Shown in pieces: positions 1-14,307 of a DNA stretch of 64,000 nucleotides; position 1 is the first letter of the stretch; every line of letters begins with the position of its first letter. The notes beneath the pieces are model-generated. The model was not told where the DNA came from and did not search any database. It saw nothing but the letters and a program-made list of their open reading frames with translations. Source of the DNA: Anthoceros angustus. Taxonomy: Eukaryota; Plantae; Anthocerotophyta. The DNA lies in the NCBI GenBank assembly GCA_010909165.1, contig VJWM01000255.1, positions 124,001-188,000 on the forward strand, read 5' to 3'. The position numbers and the translations under genes are program-made.

Positions 1-1151
1 AATCGGCAGCCCAGACTACAGGACTCGGATAGCTGCTACAACGGATCCTCTGGAGTTGGGCTCTGACCTTGAGAGTCCAGACCACAGGATTCCGACAGGT
101 AGTACAACAGGGCTCGTGGAGCTGGGCTGTACTGACCTGGGCATAGTGTCACCGTTGGTAGGACCAGCAGGTGGAACCTTGAACCATGCTGGGAAAGGTA
201 GTCCCGAGGCAGAGATCGTGTGCGTGATCTGCTATGCTGACAAGCGAGCAGAGAATGGAGGAGTACTGAGCTGTGGCCATGAGTTCTGCTTCATTTGCAT
301 CCATAAGTGGGCCCTTGAAGCCGTATGTCACTTCCATCGTCTTTCTACATCATGATGCTGAAAGGTGTGGTGATCTAGAGGATTGACGTGGTGCTAATCC
401 TGTCGTGAATGCAGAAATACAAGGATCCTTTATGTCCTCTTTGCAAAGCACCCTTCGACAAAATCACCAAAAGGAGCCACAACACTCCAAACGGAGTATC
501 CTGCCAGGACGAGGAGATCACTGTCGGTGTCATTCCAACAACTGCTTCGTTTCCCCCTGCAGTCACAGTGAGTTTCTCTGCCTTTGCCCATGCCAAGGTA
601 GTCAGTCTTCCAAATGTTGAAGCAAATTTCTCAAAAACTCAAGCCTGCAGGAACGCTTCTGCATTACTTGCGGCAGCACAGACAGCCCCGACCTTATCTG
701 CGTCTGCCGTGGCTGCTCCCAGAGAGCCATCCATATTTTCTGCATTGATCCTCCTGGCCACGTGAACGACGACTGGTTCTGCCCTCGCTGCCTCCCGCGG
801 CGCCGCAGGTGAGGCCCATCCACTTTCCTTCTGTTTTGTTTTTCTCTCTTCGTTCGTCAAGTCCTAGTCCGACTCAAGCTTGTGATGCTTCTTATGGGGA
901 GAGATGGGCGCAACAGAGAGCAATGGCAAAGTCTGCTCCCCGGCAACGCTGACTACCCGGGCTACCCCTCCAGGTCGAACCCACCCAGTGGCCGAGCCAT
1001 GAGGTCTATTAACCTGGACGAGGTGGAAATGGGGCGAACCCCCAGACCGCCCCCCGCTGCTTCCGCCGTCATCCCAGGGTCTAGCAGACATAGCAGCAGA
1101 TCCATGCAGCCGAGACAACAGTCGATCTCCAGTTTTGTTGTTAGACGTTGA
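1..1151 (+). CDS. RING finger + PHD finger protein (PHRF1-like architecture), 5'-truncated by window
   Basis: Frame open from base 2. C3HC4 RING CVIC...CGHEFCFICIHKW is split by intron 323-414 and continues as KYKDPLCPLCK. After intron 568-650 (GTGAGT...CAG), exon 651-808 encodes a C4HC3 PHD (CITC...CVCRGC...HIFC...WFCPRC). Probable last exon ends at TGA 1151. Confidence 0.8.
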
Positions 1152-2029
1152 GGAGTCTTACATGTTGAAGCCACTGCACCTAAACACAGACACACAGCTT
1201 GATTCGCAGGCTCAATCTACGCATCTTCTTCACAAAACTGGTGTCTGATGATGCTTTTGCACATGCTTCGGTCCTGGTAGAATCATGCTTCGGTCCTGGT
1301 AGAATCTCGTGTCACCAAGGTAATCCTGTGGTGTCGGGACAGAACGAAGCTCAGGTTGGAAAGGGCATCTGCCGGAGTTGTTACTTTCGGGGGCCAGAAA
1401 AGGCCTTCTTGGTACTCTGTCGATCTTTAATTAGTTAATATGTTATTGAAAACATTAACGGCTAACCTAGTTGCAGTCCGAATAAGATAACTGCTGGCGT
1501 CCACTTGCCGAACACTGGTTTGCTCCACTTCCAGTAGAACAAAGCTTTCCCTTTTGATTGTCCGTGAGGTCGGGGAGGTCCTGTTACAAACGCGTGAAAA
1601 TGGCTTCGGAAGAAGAAGGCCTACTACAGCTTGTGCCAGTTGAGTGCGTGCGCTTCTCTTCCGCAAACATTTGATCCCTGGAAATAGTGCGTGGGAGGGA
1701 ATTGAGGGATCGGAAGACCTGGTGCTGTGTGGTCCAAAGCGGTCGGAATTGATTCTGATCGTTGGAGAAAGTTCGGGCAGCTTGCGTGAGACAAGCAAAC
1801 GGAAAGAAGTGAAATCTTGCTCCTGAGGCTCGAAACCTGCGAGAATTGTGACTATATATGCTAGAATTGAATTCAAGACGGGGTGGAGGTTGCGCCATCA
1901 CGATCTGCGGTGTTTCGGGTTGTGAATTGTGCTTGTGTGAAGCCTAGCCCTAGGGGACCTGATCTCCAGCGCTGAATGGGATACCAGTTGGGATGAGGGC
2001 AAAATTCAGCTGCACGGGAGTGATCTTTG

Positions 2030-4262
2030 ATGGCGGAAAGCGTGGACCAAGACATGGGCATGGAGGGGGCCTTGATGAAGCGGAGTGATACACTGAAGCA
2101 GTGGAGAAGGCGATGGTTCAGGTTGCGGCCTTCCGGCGTGCATTTGGAGTACCGGAAGGCAGCTGACAATACCACAGCTCACTTTCTTATAGGTCTTCGG
2201 AATGTCTGCGTCGGGCCACTTCCGTATGCTTTCTCACACGTTTGCTTGGCCTGGATTTGTTTGTTCTCTGCTGTCCTGCTGTCTTCTGATGGTTCCACTC
2301 CTGTTCAGGTCGCCGTCAAAGCATCGGGAGTGGTTTTGTTTCTGTATCCTTGAGCTGCCTGTTTGGGAACATGTTGGCTGCTGATTCTGCAACTCGTATG
2401 TGGGGGAGCATTGTTTTGGGAGCTTGCCTTAGGTCTGCTTTTGGTGCAAGCTCCATGTTGCCGTGTTCGTATTTGTACCACCTTAACCCGGGGCAACAGA
2501 TGTCCAGGGTCCGACGTTTACGTACTGGTTAGCTGCAGATTCTTTGGACACAGCAAGTTGCTGGATGGACAGAATCAATGCTGCAGCATCTCGTGCAACT
2601 GCTGCAGCTTTAGCTTGGGCTTCTCACACGCCCTCAATTGATGGCAGGTCTGTCTATGCCTCTGTAGATGGTAGAAGCTCGGGAGGGGACTTTTGCTTGT
2701 CACCTAGAAGTTTTACAGAAGTCAGTCCTGGTGTAGAAAGTTATGTGGAAGAGCCTCTTGCCAAGGACCGATATGCTGAGGCTCCCTTCAACTTATCACG
2801 TGGGTTCTTTCCATGGCCTGATGACATGGGGGCAAACAGGACTGGAAGCACTGAGGTAGCACCCTCAGTCCATGAAGAGGACTGGGAGGAAAGGTTCACA
2901 CCTGTTGGCAGTCCCTCATCAGCCCATTTTTCTGCTTCGTCAGTGCTACGAAGTACTGCACCCAGTTCAGCATCTAGCTTGGCCAGAGTTGATCTCACAC
3001 ATCAGGTGCCTCATTTAAGATCTGTATCTGGCATGGTGCCAGCTGACATGAATAATTATGCTACTAATGACAGCAGCTCAAGGTGGTCTCAAATTGGCCG
3101 TTGGTGGCGGACTGGTTCACTCTCTCACGGGCCCACCGGAGAGTCAGTTCCATCGTGGTTAAATCAGTATGAACAGATGGCTGCCTTATTGTGAGTCTCT
3201 TAACTGGAAGCGTTTCGGTTCTTGTTTCCTCTAAGTCTAGACAGTTTTCTCGAAGTCTGGGCTGTTTTCTGTAATCTGTGTGTGGTGACCTCCTACTGGT
3301 TGTGTGCTGCCATTGTCAAAGATCAGAATGGAGATGCGTGCCTTGCTAGAATCAAAGGAGAAGCAACTTGATGTTGTACAGCAAGCTGCAGCAATTGATG
3401 CCCGTCAACTTGCATCTGCCAACCTCAGGGCAGAGGAAATCGCGTCCAAGGTCAGGTTTGAAATTGATCAGAACTGCTAAATGCTTGGCTCCTAGGTCTG
3501 TGGCCAGTGAAGAAAGTTTTCACATCACGTTGTTCGAGTTCTGAATGTGATCAGGGGCAGGAAGAGATTCGGGCATTGCAGAACAGCTTCGAGATTCAGT
3601 CTCAAAGATACGCTGAGGAGAAAGCGGAACTCGCACAACAGTTAGAGAAGGTACGGTTTCTTGCTTCCTTCCGATCAACATTGAGTTGAGTTCGTCCGTC
3701 CGTCCGTCCGTCAGTGGCTCATCTTTCCATCTACCCGTGCTCGTGTGGACCACCCAGGCAAGCTCCGATATAGAGGCTTTGCGAAAACAGCTACTCGAGG
3801 TGATTCTGTAACCTTTCTTCAATGTCCTTGATTCACATTATTCTGGTTTTGACATCCTGTCGGTCATGGTCATGTGCAGGAAAGTGAAAAGAGTACAAGA
3901 TTACAATCTAGGGTAGACGATGTGAGCCTCCTTCTCGCCCGCACCCCGTTTGCTGTTTCTGCCATACTTTTTGTCCTCTCACCACAATGCTTTTTGACAG
4001 CTGGGAACTGAGCTTGTCCAACACGGTAACCGAGCAACACGAGCAGAAACGGAGTTTGCCAGGCTGTCTTCAGTCGAGGCTCGCTGCTTAAAACTTGAGG
4101 TACAACACTGCCAACAACGATGCTCACATCCAGGAGGTTGCATTGAGCAGCAGCTGAAACCACCAACCCCACTTCTGTCATGTGCAGACTGAAGCAGCGG
4201 ATCTCAAGAAGAAGCTGGATTCCAAGGAGGACGTCCTCCTCCGACCCTTTTGGGGCAAATAA
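2030..4262 (+). CDS. PH-domain protein with C-terminal coiled coil
   Basis: MEGALMKRSDTLKQWRRRWFRL (PH beta1-2). Exons 2030-2223, 2309-2343 and 2500-3191 join to give ...FCFYVQGPTFTYWLAADSLDTASCWMDRI (PH C-terminal helix). Short E/Q/K-rich coiled-coil exons follow, stop TAA 4260-4262. Confidence 0.8.
2344..2499 (+). other. U12-type (minor spliceosome) GT-AG intron
   Basis: 5' site GTATCCTT at 2344, branch site CCTTAAC at 2481-2487, CAG at 2497-2499, no polypyrimidine tract. Splicing here restores the PH-domain frame. Confidence 0.85.
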
Positions 4263-5000
4263 GAATATAAGACCGGCCTTCTATCCACTGTACAGAGTTC
4301 TAGAGCCCCTTCCCGTCCTGCTCTTGTAGATACTGAACGTGAATCGAGGTCTCGGGTATTTGTAAACCATCTCATTCTCATGCAGTACATGTGAAATGAA
4401 CTTTCGTATGCCGCAATCCTGGCCCCGAATATCTGAATCAGCGCCACGGCGGGCTGTGCCACGTCACCACCGCCACCGGCTCTCTACCATCTCATAGCCG
4501 AAGCCGAGTCCAACCAGATCTGTGAATCCTGGACGAAGAAGCTCTCCTGCAGTCTTGTTGTGGAGGCGTCCTCGGTTGTGCGATCCAGCCAGGTACAATT
4601 CTGCCTGTTTTCGATTGTCCCGTCTGGCTTGCAAGAAAGTGGAAACTGACGCACGTGTAGTGTGCCATTACGGATTCCAATGTGACTGAAAGACTGACGT
4701 GGTGTCCTGAGAAGCCACCCGGATGCTTCCGTCTTGGGATGCTCAACCGGGATGCTTGTGGGTCTTGGTTTCGATGGGTCGTGGGTTCGGGAATCCATCT
4801 GCACTGTTGCGCTTTGTGGGCGGGGACTGGGCAAGGAAGAAAATTGTCATGGTCTGTCTACAGAGCTCGTCGGGGGGCAGCTTGGTGTGGGCGGGCGGGT
4901 TTCATGCTGCTTCTCTCTATCTCTAGTGCGAGTGTGCGGGTGGGAGTGACGTACTCCCTGATTGACGACCGCCTTTTGTCATGGCCTGCCAGGCCGGGCC

Positions 5001-7416
<2,416 letters not shown>

Positions 7417-8021
7417 TTCTCAGCTGTAAGCTGCCCCCGAGGAAGTAGGGTGCAGGGGATTCTGTCGATCTCTGGCAATGACAAGACTGAACGTAGTCTG
7501 GGGTCTGGATATCGATTTTTTCAGGTGCCCCTCAGATCAACAGCATTTAGGGCAGAAACAAGCCTTTTGTTTGATTTCATCAATAAATGAGCAATGTCTA
7601 CCTTCTGAAATACATCGTCAGAAGCCATCAACTTCCAATCCAAAATTCCAGACCGGAGAAGTAGAATTAATTCTCGTGGCTGACGAAAACACCTGTCGTC
7701 TACAGGCTCTTGAATCTAACTTCCGCGTATGCTGTGCAAACTTTCGATTGATTTTGATGCTCGTCCTGGCAAAGCCCATGACTTGGCGATTGCTGGTGTG
7801 TGCAAACCGTAACTTGTAGACTCCCAGGGCTCCGAGAGCCAGCAGGCCTTGACTGCTTAGTGCCGACAACTCTCTGGCACTGACGAAGCCAGCCCGAGGT
7901 AAGAAACACATGGTGATCCGAGCACCATGTGTCCGTTGAAGGATCACATATCTGCTCGAACCACACTCTTCCTCAGACGTTGAAGTTGTGTCAGCCGGGC
8001 TTCCAGTTTGGATGGGGTAAG

Positions 8022-8797
8022 TTACTGTTTGCGAAGCCCATGGAAGAATCTGCGTTTCTTGGCTCGGGAGTGCTGACCTGCCTCTCTCGGTATGAGGTGA
8101 TGAGAAAACTGCAGCTGCGGAAGACAAGATGACGACCGCGTTCGCATCACCACCATACTATGCCCTACAGAGATAGATACGGGACGATGAAAACAGAACT
8201 CACTTGGTCGTTTGTTTTGATGCCGTACTCCTTCAAAGGAGAAGCCTCGTCCAGCAGCTTTCGGTGATCGAAGGCGAGGCAGAAGTTGCCCCACACATGC
8301 TTCCTGCAGGCGCACATCACCTTATCATCCGTGGGGCCATCCGACAGAGTAGCAAAAAGACGCAGGCGAATGAATTTACCAGGAGATGTGGCGGTGCCCC
8401 ATGTGCGCTTGCTCAAGCTCGGTCACTTTCTTCTGCACCGCAATTTTCAAGTCCCGCACGGTTGCGTTATTGAGCACGGCCACATCTGATGCAACACGGC
8501 CCGCTAATCAGGAAGCGGTGCTCGATGTTCCAGGTGGCGTCAAGCAGGCGCAAAATGGCACTGACCGAAGGACGTGCCATCCATCTTGAGAATGGTGAGC
8601 CTCATCCCGCTCCCCAGCTCCACTCCGATGAGGGTCTCCACATCTCCCAGCGTCGGACGCCTAGGCACGTCTTGCAGAAGCGGGTCATTCAGCAACGCCG
8701 CCAGCACCGGCTCGAACGGCGACTTCCTCAGCTGCCAGCCACCGTCCAGCGGCTGCTTCTCCGCTTTCTCCTCCTGCAGCTCTCCTCCTTCCGCCAT
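8022..8797 (-). CDS. SNRNP25: U11/U12 snRNP 25 kDa protein (ubiquitin-like)
   Basis: DPLLQDVP...VELGSGMRLTILKMDGTSF|DVAVLNNATVRDLKIAV...MGHRHISW|KHVWGNFCL...LKEYGIKTNDQ|...KKRRFFHGL. Four exons. Confidence 0.88.
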
Positions 8798-9772
8798 CGC
8801 AATTGCGGTGAAGAGCTTCGACAGGGGTTAATACGTAGGGTTTATAGGACGCCATCCGGCTTTTCATCCCTGTTGCCTGTGATCAAAGAGGAGAAGCCCG
8901 CAGGACGACGTTACTTCCGCTTATGTAGACTAGGTAGACAACGTGTATGCTTTTTCAAGGTGTCACCTGTTTTCACGATCGATGTTATGGGCTCTGTTGC
9001 GCGACATCTCTTGTTATTATGGTAGTTGTGTGTGTGATAGGGATGATGGGTGCATTTCTCGGTCGTTGCAATCAACGGCTTGAAACTGTTATGCTTATGG
9101 TGGATGCTTAAGAACTTGTTTCATCACCCGCCTGGCAAAATCTCTATCGCGGCCTCTATACATCAAAACGAGCACAGCAATACCAAAAGCAGTTGATGCG
9201 GGGCGAAGCAGAAGACGCGTTTGACAAATTGACAGGACAGCTGCGCACCGACTAATCACCTCGTCAATTCCTTCTTAACGCAGCACCAAAGCCAAGGGAT
9301 TCGATCCATACCTCTATTTTCTATCAAACGCGCGCTTTGCTAAGATGCTATGAGAGACAGAGCTTCGACACAGTTGCACTCCTTGTCCAAAATCTCCAAG
9401 CTCCCCCGTTAAGCACCATGTACAGTGAATACTCCTCACAAGCATAAGCCAGTACGCGTCCCAGGCGTGTGATCTCCGGAGTTGGTAGGTACATGCAATT
9501 TGAGCCTCGGAGGAGCCAGTCCATGTGCAGTGCACATGGACCGTGCTAGCATGCAGTCCCCCTTGCCTCTCGCATTCCAACAACCGAGCCAGACGCCACA
9601 TTCAGTTATCGAATGCAAGTCACCAAGCTTGCACCTCTCCACAATCCAAGCCAGAACCACTGACCGGTGCTTCCTCCACAGCGCTGAGCAGGCAAGATGC
9701 TTCCTGATCGATGCTTGCAACTTAAGCACACCAAGTCGAAGCAAGTGGCCCTTGAAGCACCAAAAGGTGCCG

Positions 9773-10140
9773 TCCCGGATGCAGATGAATCTTCCGCTCC
9801 ACCATCCTATAGCTGGCATTCCTAGCCAGATGCAACTTTTTTCACCAGGAGCTCCTCGGTTGATAGAGTTCATTCTTTTGTCCTGGAGCCATTCCATTCC
9901 TGGGAAATCCTTTCATCGGTGGTGGTAAGAAGCTGGCCCCCTCCGGCAAAGTCCATTTGTCAAAAACCCTTCAAGGAGAATAGGTCGAAGATTATGCCCT
10001 CGTCGTCCTTCAAGGGCCACTAAGTAGTCCCGGATGCAGATGAATCGATGAATCCAAGTCTCCCGGATGCAGATGAATCAATGAATTCAGGTCTCCCGGA
10101 TGCAGATGAATCTGCCGCTCCAGCATCCTGGAGCTGGTAA
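9773..10140. repeat. Repeats of TCCCGGATGCAGATGAATC (one dispersed copy plus three tandem copies at 33-bp period)
   Basis: Copies near 9773, 10028, 10061 and 10094. The first and last share ~44 bp of extended similarity. Confidence 0.85.
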
Positions 10141-10771
10141 CTCCTTGGCTACGATCCTAATATTGGTTTCGAAAGCTATTGAACTCCGAGTTTACATGGT
10201 TGGCTTGGTTTGGCCGGAAATAGTGCGAGTCTTGAAATGCACAATTAAAGCTATCTCACTTCCCCTTCCCAAGATCGTGCTGCCGAGCTGGCCTTGGCCC
10301 CTGGCTGTGAAGCCGGTGGCTATTTCAACCTCTTGTTGCTCTCCACCAAGTTGATGATCTGTGCTGTGCTGACGGAAGGTGATTGTCCATCGGACCGCAA
10401 ACTGGGAAGTGTACCTATTCAGCAGGAACGCATCGTTTGAGCGGGAGAGGGAAGCAGCACATTGGTATTCCTGGTGAACCATCTTTCTTGTTTGTCAAGG
10501 CCTTGGAGTCAGTGCTTCTATCGTTTTGTTAGCCCGAAAGCAGATCCGATTTGGCTGCAGTGCTGTGTATTCGCGTGAAGAGCATTTTCCTTTCACTTCT
10601 GGCGATGCTGCGGCCGGCGCCATTTGCATCTCTGCTGGGGTGCTTCATTAGGAGATGGCGTTTGCTCTTGTCTGTGTTTCTGACTTATGTGTCGTGGGAG
10701 CCGGGTGTGCAGGCTTTTGCACGGTGACTGACTCGTGAGGAGCGCGCTAGCTAACATTCCGTTGCCGAGTC

Positions 10772-12316
10772 ATGTCCCTGGAAGTTCCCTTTGAAAGGGA
10801 TGAAGTGGAGGTTCTTTGCCGCCCGGTTGGTGCGCAGCAGACCTCCTTCAATATTCACAGCGCGGACGGGGCTTTGCGCTGCAGGTTTGTGGCACATGGT
10901 TCAGCTTTAGCCGATGTTGCTGCGCAGCCTGAAGAAAATCGCGCCGGGGTTTATTGTTGCACCACCAGAGAAGTGAGCTCCACCTCTCGTGAAGGCTTGT
11001 TGGTGGCAAGTTTCATGTTTGTGCTGTGAGAAATTGAGAGTGCCTCTGCTGTTTTGATAATTACTCTAAAGTTCATGTTGTGCCAGGCGTTTGATCGGCA
11101 GACGAGTGTGTCAATATTGCTACCACATGGAGGGGAGCTTGTGTGTGAGGCTGTGATGAAGCCTGGAGCTGACGACTCCGCCGGTACAGCATTTCAGTTC
11201 GTGAAAGATTGGCTTTGTTTTGTCTTCTGAAGAGTTCCTAGAGTGTGACTGACCTACTCGGCATAAATGTTTATCGCAGATGTAGGCCTGTTCAAGAAGC
11301 TGTCGTTGCTAGATCGCTACCTGTTCGTCTGGATACTTGTGGACATGGCATTGGCACTCGTTATTGGTTACTATGTGAAAGGAATCAAGAAGAAACTGGA
11401 GGTTGTGAAACTGGCATCTGTTTCTCTGCCCATTGCCGTAGGACTGTGGGTCATGATGTATCCAGTTCTGTGCAAAGTTCGGTATGAAATTCTTTATAAG
11501 ACAATCAGGGCCGGAGGACTGGCGCGGAATGTGGTGTTGAGCCTCATCCTGAATTGGCTTGTAGGCCCTGCACTCATGACAGGCCTTGCTTGGGCTACAC
11601 TTCCGGATCTTGAGCACTACAGGGCAGGGGTTATTCTGGTGGGCATTGCCAGATGCATCGCCATGGTGCTCATATGGAATGATCTGGCCAAGGGAGATGG
11701 ACAGCTGTGTGCAATACTGGTGGCCATCAATTCTGTGATGCAGATGGTGTTGTATACTCCACTTTCTCTCTTCTACCTTAAAGTGGTTTCCAGAGGCAAA
11801 GGCATTGATGTAGGGGCCTGGGCTATCGCCAGAAGTGTGCTGCTTTTTCTTGGAGTTCCCCTGGCTGCTGGATTCATCACAAGGTACACCCTACGTTACA
11901 TCGTGGGTAGAAAGTGGTACGACACCAAGTTCATACCTTTCATAGCGCCCTGGGCTCTTATCGGCCTGCTGTACACTATTTTCGTGATGTTCTCCATCCA
12001 AGCTCATCAGATTGTCGACCACATCGGGAACGTGGCAAGAGTGGCGGTCCCTATGCTGCTGTACTTCACAATCGTTTTCTTCTCATCTGTATGGCTGTGT
12101 CGTCGTCTGGGCATTCCTTATGCAGAGGCTGTTACTCAGTCGTTCACTGCATCCAGCAACAATTTCGAGCTTGCCATAGCCGTGGCCGTGGGCAGTTTTG
12201 GCATAGACTCTCAAGAGGCATTGGCTGCGACCATTGGCCCGTTGATTGAGGTACCTGTCTTGTTGGGATTAGTGTATGTAACTCTGAAGTTGCAAAAGTA
12301 TCTCTTTGTGAAATAG
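10772..12316 (+). CDS. ACR3: ACR3 arsenite/antimonite efflux transporter with N-terminal extension (444 aa)
   Basis: LSLLDRYL, MMYPVLCKV, NWLVGPALM, catalytic GIARCIAMV, SNNFELAIAVAV, IGPLIEVPVL. Exons 10772-10972, 11087-11183 and 11280-12316 splice in frame with GT-AG. Confidence 0.93.
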
Positions 12317-12759
12317 CGTGTCAAGGTTTCGGAACCTTTGCACTCGGATTAGCCTAGTAGGTGTATCCTTATTGTGGGGTCTTGGGTTAATGCTTGTTGG
12401 TGCCGAAGGTTACCAGCATGCCTGTAGAACCGACCTGGTGCTCTTGTACTTATTTTTTTAGTTTGAGAAACTCAAGTCTCTGATTGATCTGTCAGAAAGT
12501 CTACATACGGAATGCCCTTGCCCGGCCGCAACCGCTTCTCGTCCTGATCGGTAGCTCGCCACTGCTCCACTTCTCTCCTGCTGCGGGCAGACTGGCTGCT
12601 GCAGCTGCTGGTTGCAAGTACTCCACTAACGACCACGCGGGCGGATCCCGAGAATGCATGGCGGTGCCCAGTCCTGTGGGACATTTGTGCGCCTCCTACA
12701 AGCGTGTGCAAGTGTGGCCAGCCCAGCCTTGGAGAAGGGGATTCAGCTTCATTAGCGAG

Positions 12760-13710
12760 AGTTTCTAGGTGATGTGTTTGTTGGCAACAAAATTGGTATA
12801 GGGAGATAGCAAGACGCGATGGATGTGTTCTCCATGGTTGCCAAACCACATCCCTTCATGTCGTCTTCCATAATTTCTGCATGTTAAATATGGAAAAGAC
12901 AAGCAGGCCATTCAACTGTATCATTAGGGCAGGTCAAGTGTGAAGCCAGAAGATCACGTATTTGTGGAAGACCTTCGGGTTGCGCAAGGGGTTCAGACAT
13001 GGAAACTGGCAAGCAGGTGCACGCTGATGTGTTGGACTGTGGGCTTGAGCCTCATTTGTTTGTCTGCAATAACTTGGTGGACATGTAAAGTGTGGCAGTT
13101 TAGACGCTCAAAGAGATGGTGTTGCAGGGTATTTTCAGCAAGGCATGGGCCAGGAATCCCTTCATCTCTTCAGTATGATGGAAGACGATAGCATTGCTGT
13201 ACCCAGTGGTGTGACATCTGTTGGCATGTGCAAGGGTGGGCAGTGCCCAGCTTTGGCGACGGGGGAAGCAGCTTCATGCAAAGATTAGAGAACAAGGATA
13301 TGCGCCTGATGTCTTCGTAGCGAGAATTATGGTAAGCATGTACGTGAAGTGTGGCAGCCTGGAGGCCCAGATTGTGGCGCCCAGAAACTGCTTGACGGAC
13401 TTTTTTCAAAATTGTTGTGATAAGGGACTAGTTCCTGGATATTCCCAGCAGGGAATGGGCCAGGAAGCCCGTGTCCTCCACAGTGCTATGCGGGACGAAA
13501 AAATTGCGGTACCCAATTGCGTGACGTTTGTGTTCCTCCTGCAAGCATGCGCAAGAGTGGGCACCTCGGCATTAGATAAGGGGAAGCTGCTGCTTCACAC
13601 ACAGAGTTTAGAAGGAGGACATCAAGCTGATTTGCTCATCGCTAACTGTTTAGTAAACAGTTATGCAAAGTGTGACAACTTGGATGTGTGGGACGCACTA
13701 CATGGCAGCC
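12760..13710 (+). pseudogene. Degenerate PLS-class pentatricopeptide repeat (PPR) gene
   Basis: PDVFVARIMVSMYVKCGSL, GYSQQGMGQEA, PNCVTFVFLLQACA, ANCLVNSYAKC. Upstream repeats are broken by stops and frameshifts. Confidence 0.85.
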
Positions 13711-14010
13711 CTGAGCTACAGTTTTCCTCTACCGCTTCCTTCAACAAAAACAGCACCTTTACCGATTTCTTCAACGAAAACATCACCTTTGCCGCTTTCG
13801 TCAACGAAAACAGCAGCTTCGCTTCAGGCTCCACCGTGTTATAACGAGGTCATAGACTACATCCCCGCCACGGCGCGAGAGATAGCCGTCATTGGGGGTA
13901 CCGGGACTCTGAGGTTGGCCCAAGGGTGGGCCCAATTCTCTGTCGCCGAAGTCGAAGACTTTACTGTTGTGCTCAACTTCACGTCTTCCATTGTCCTAAA
14001 ATATTATATT
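13711..14010 (+). pseudogene. C-terminal fragment of a dirigent protein
   Basis: LQFSSTASF...GSTVL, then a frameshift to AREIAVIGGTGTLRLAQGWA (dirigent signature RE.AVVGGTG.FR.ARG.A). Contains a 30-bp x3 tandem repeat at 13730-13819. Confidence 0.65.
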
Positions 14011-14307
14011 TATAAATTTATCACACTCACAAATAAAAAAATACCAATTGCATCAACTGGGGTGAGAGAACCTCTCGACCTTAGGTGGTTTCACATCGGA
14101 CAGCCGTGTACGTGCGGTGAAAGGGCATTGGAGAGACACTAGAAATCGGTTTTACACCTACCGTCGGTCACATAAACATAGCGGATGCGTGGCGTCGATG
14201 TGGCATTGGCAGGCATGTCAGGACTTTACCTACCCCCGAGGCTGGTGAAGACTAGCATTGGCAGGCATGTCAGGACTTTACTTACCTCCGGTGGGCTGCA
14301 ATTGCTA

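Noticed and set aside
12363-12371. GTATCCTT as a second U12 donor
   Set aside because: Lies in the ACR3 3' UTR with no matching branch site nearby.
14137-14160. CACTAG as a CACTA transposon terminus
   Set aside because: No matching opposite terminus or 3-bp TSD found.
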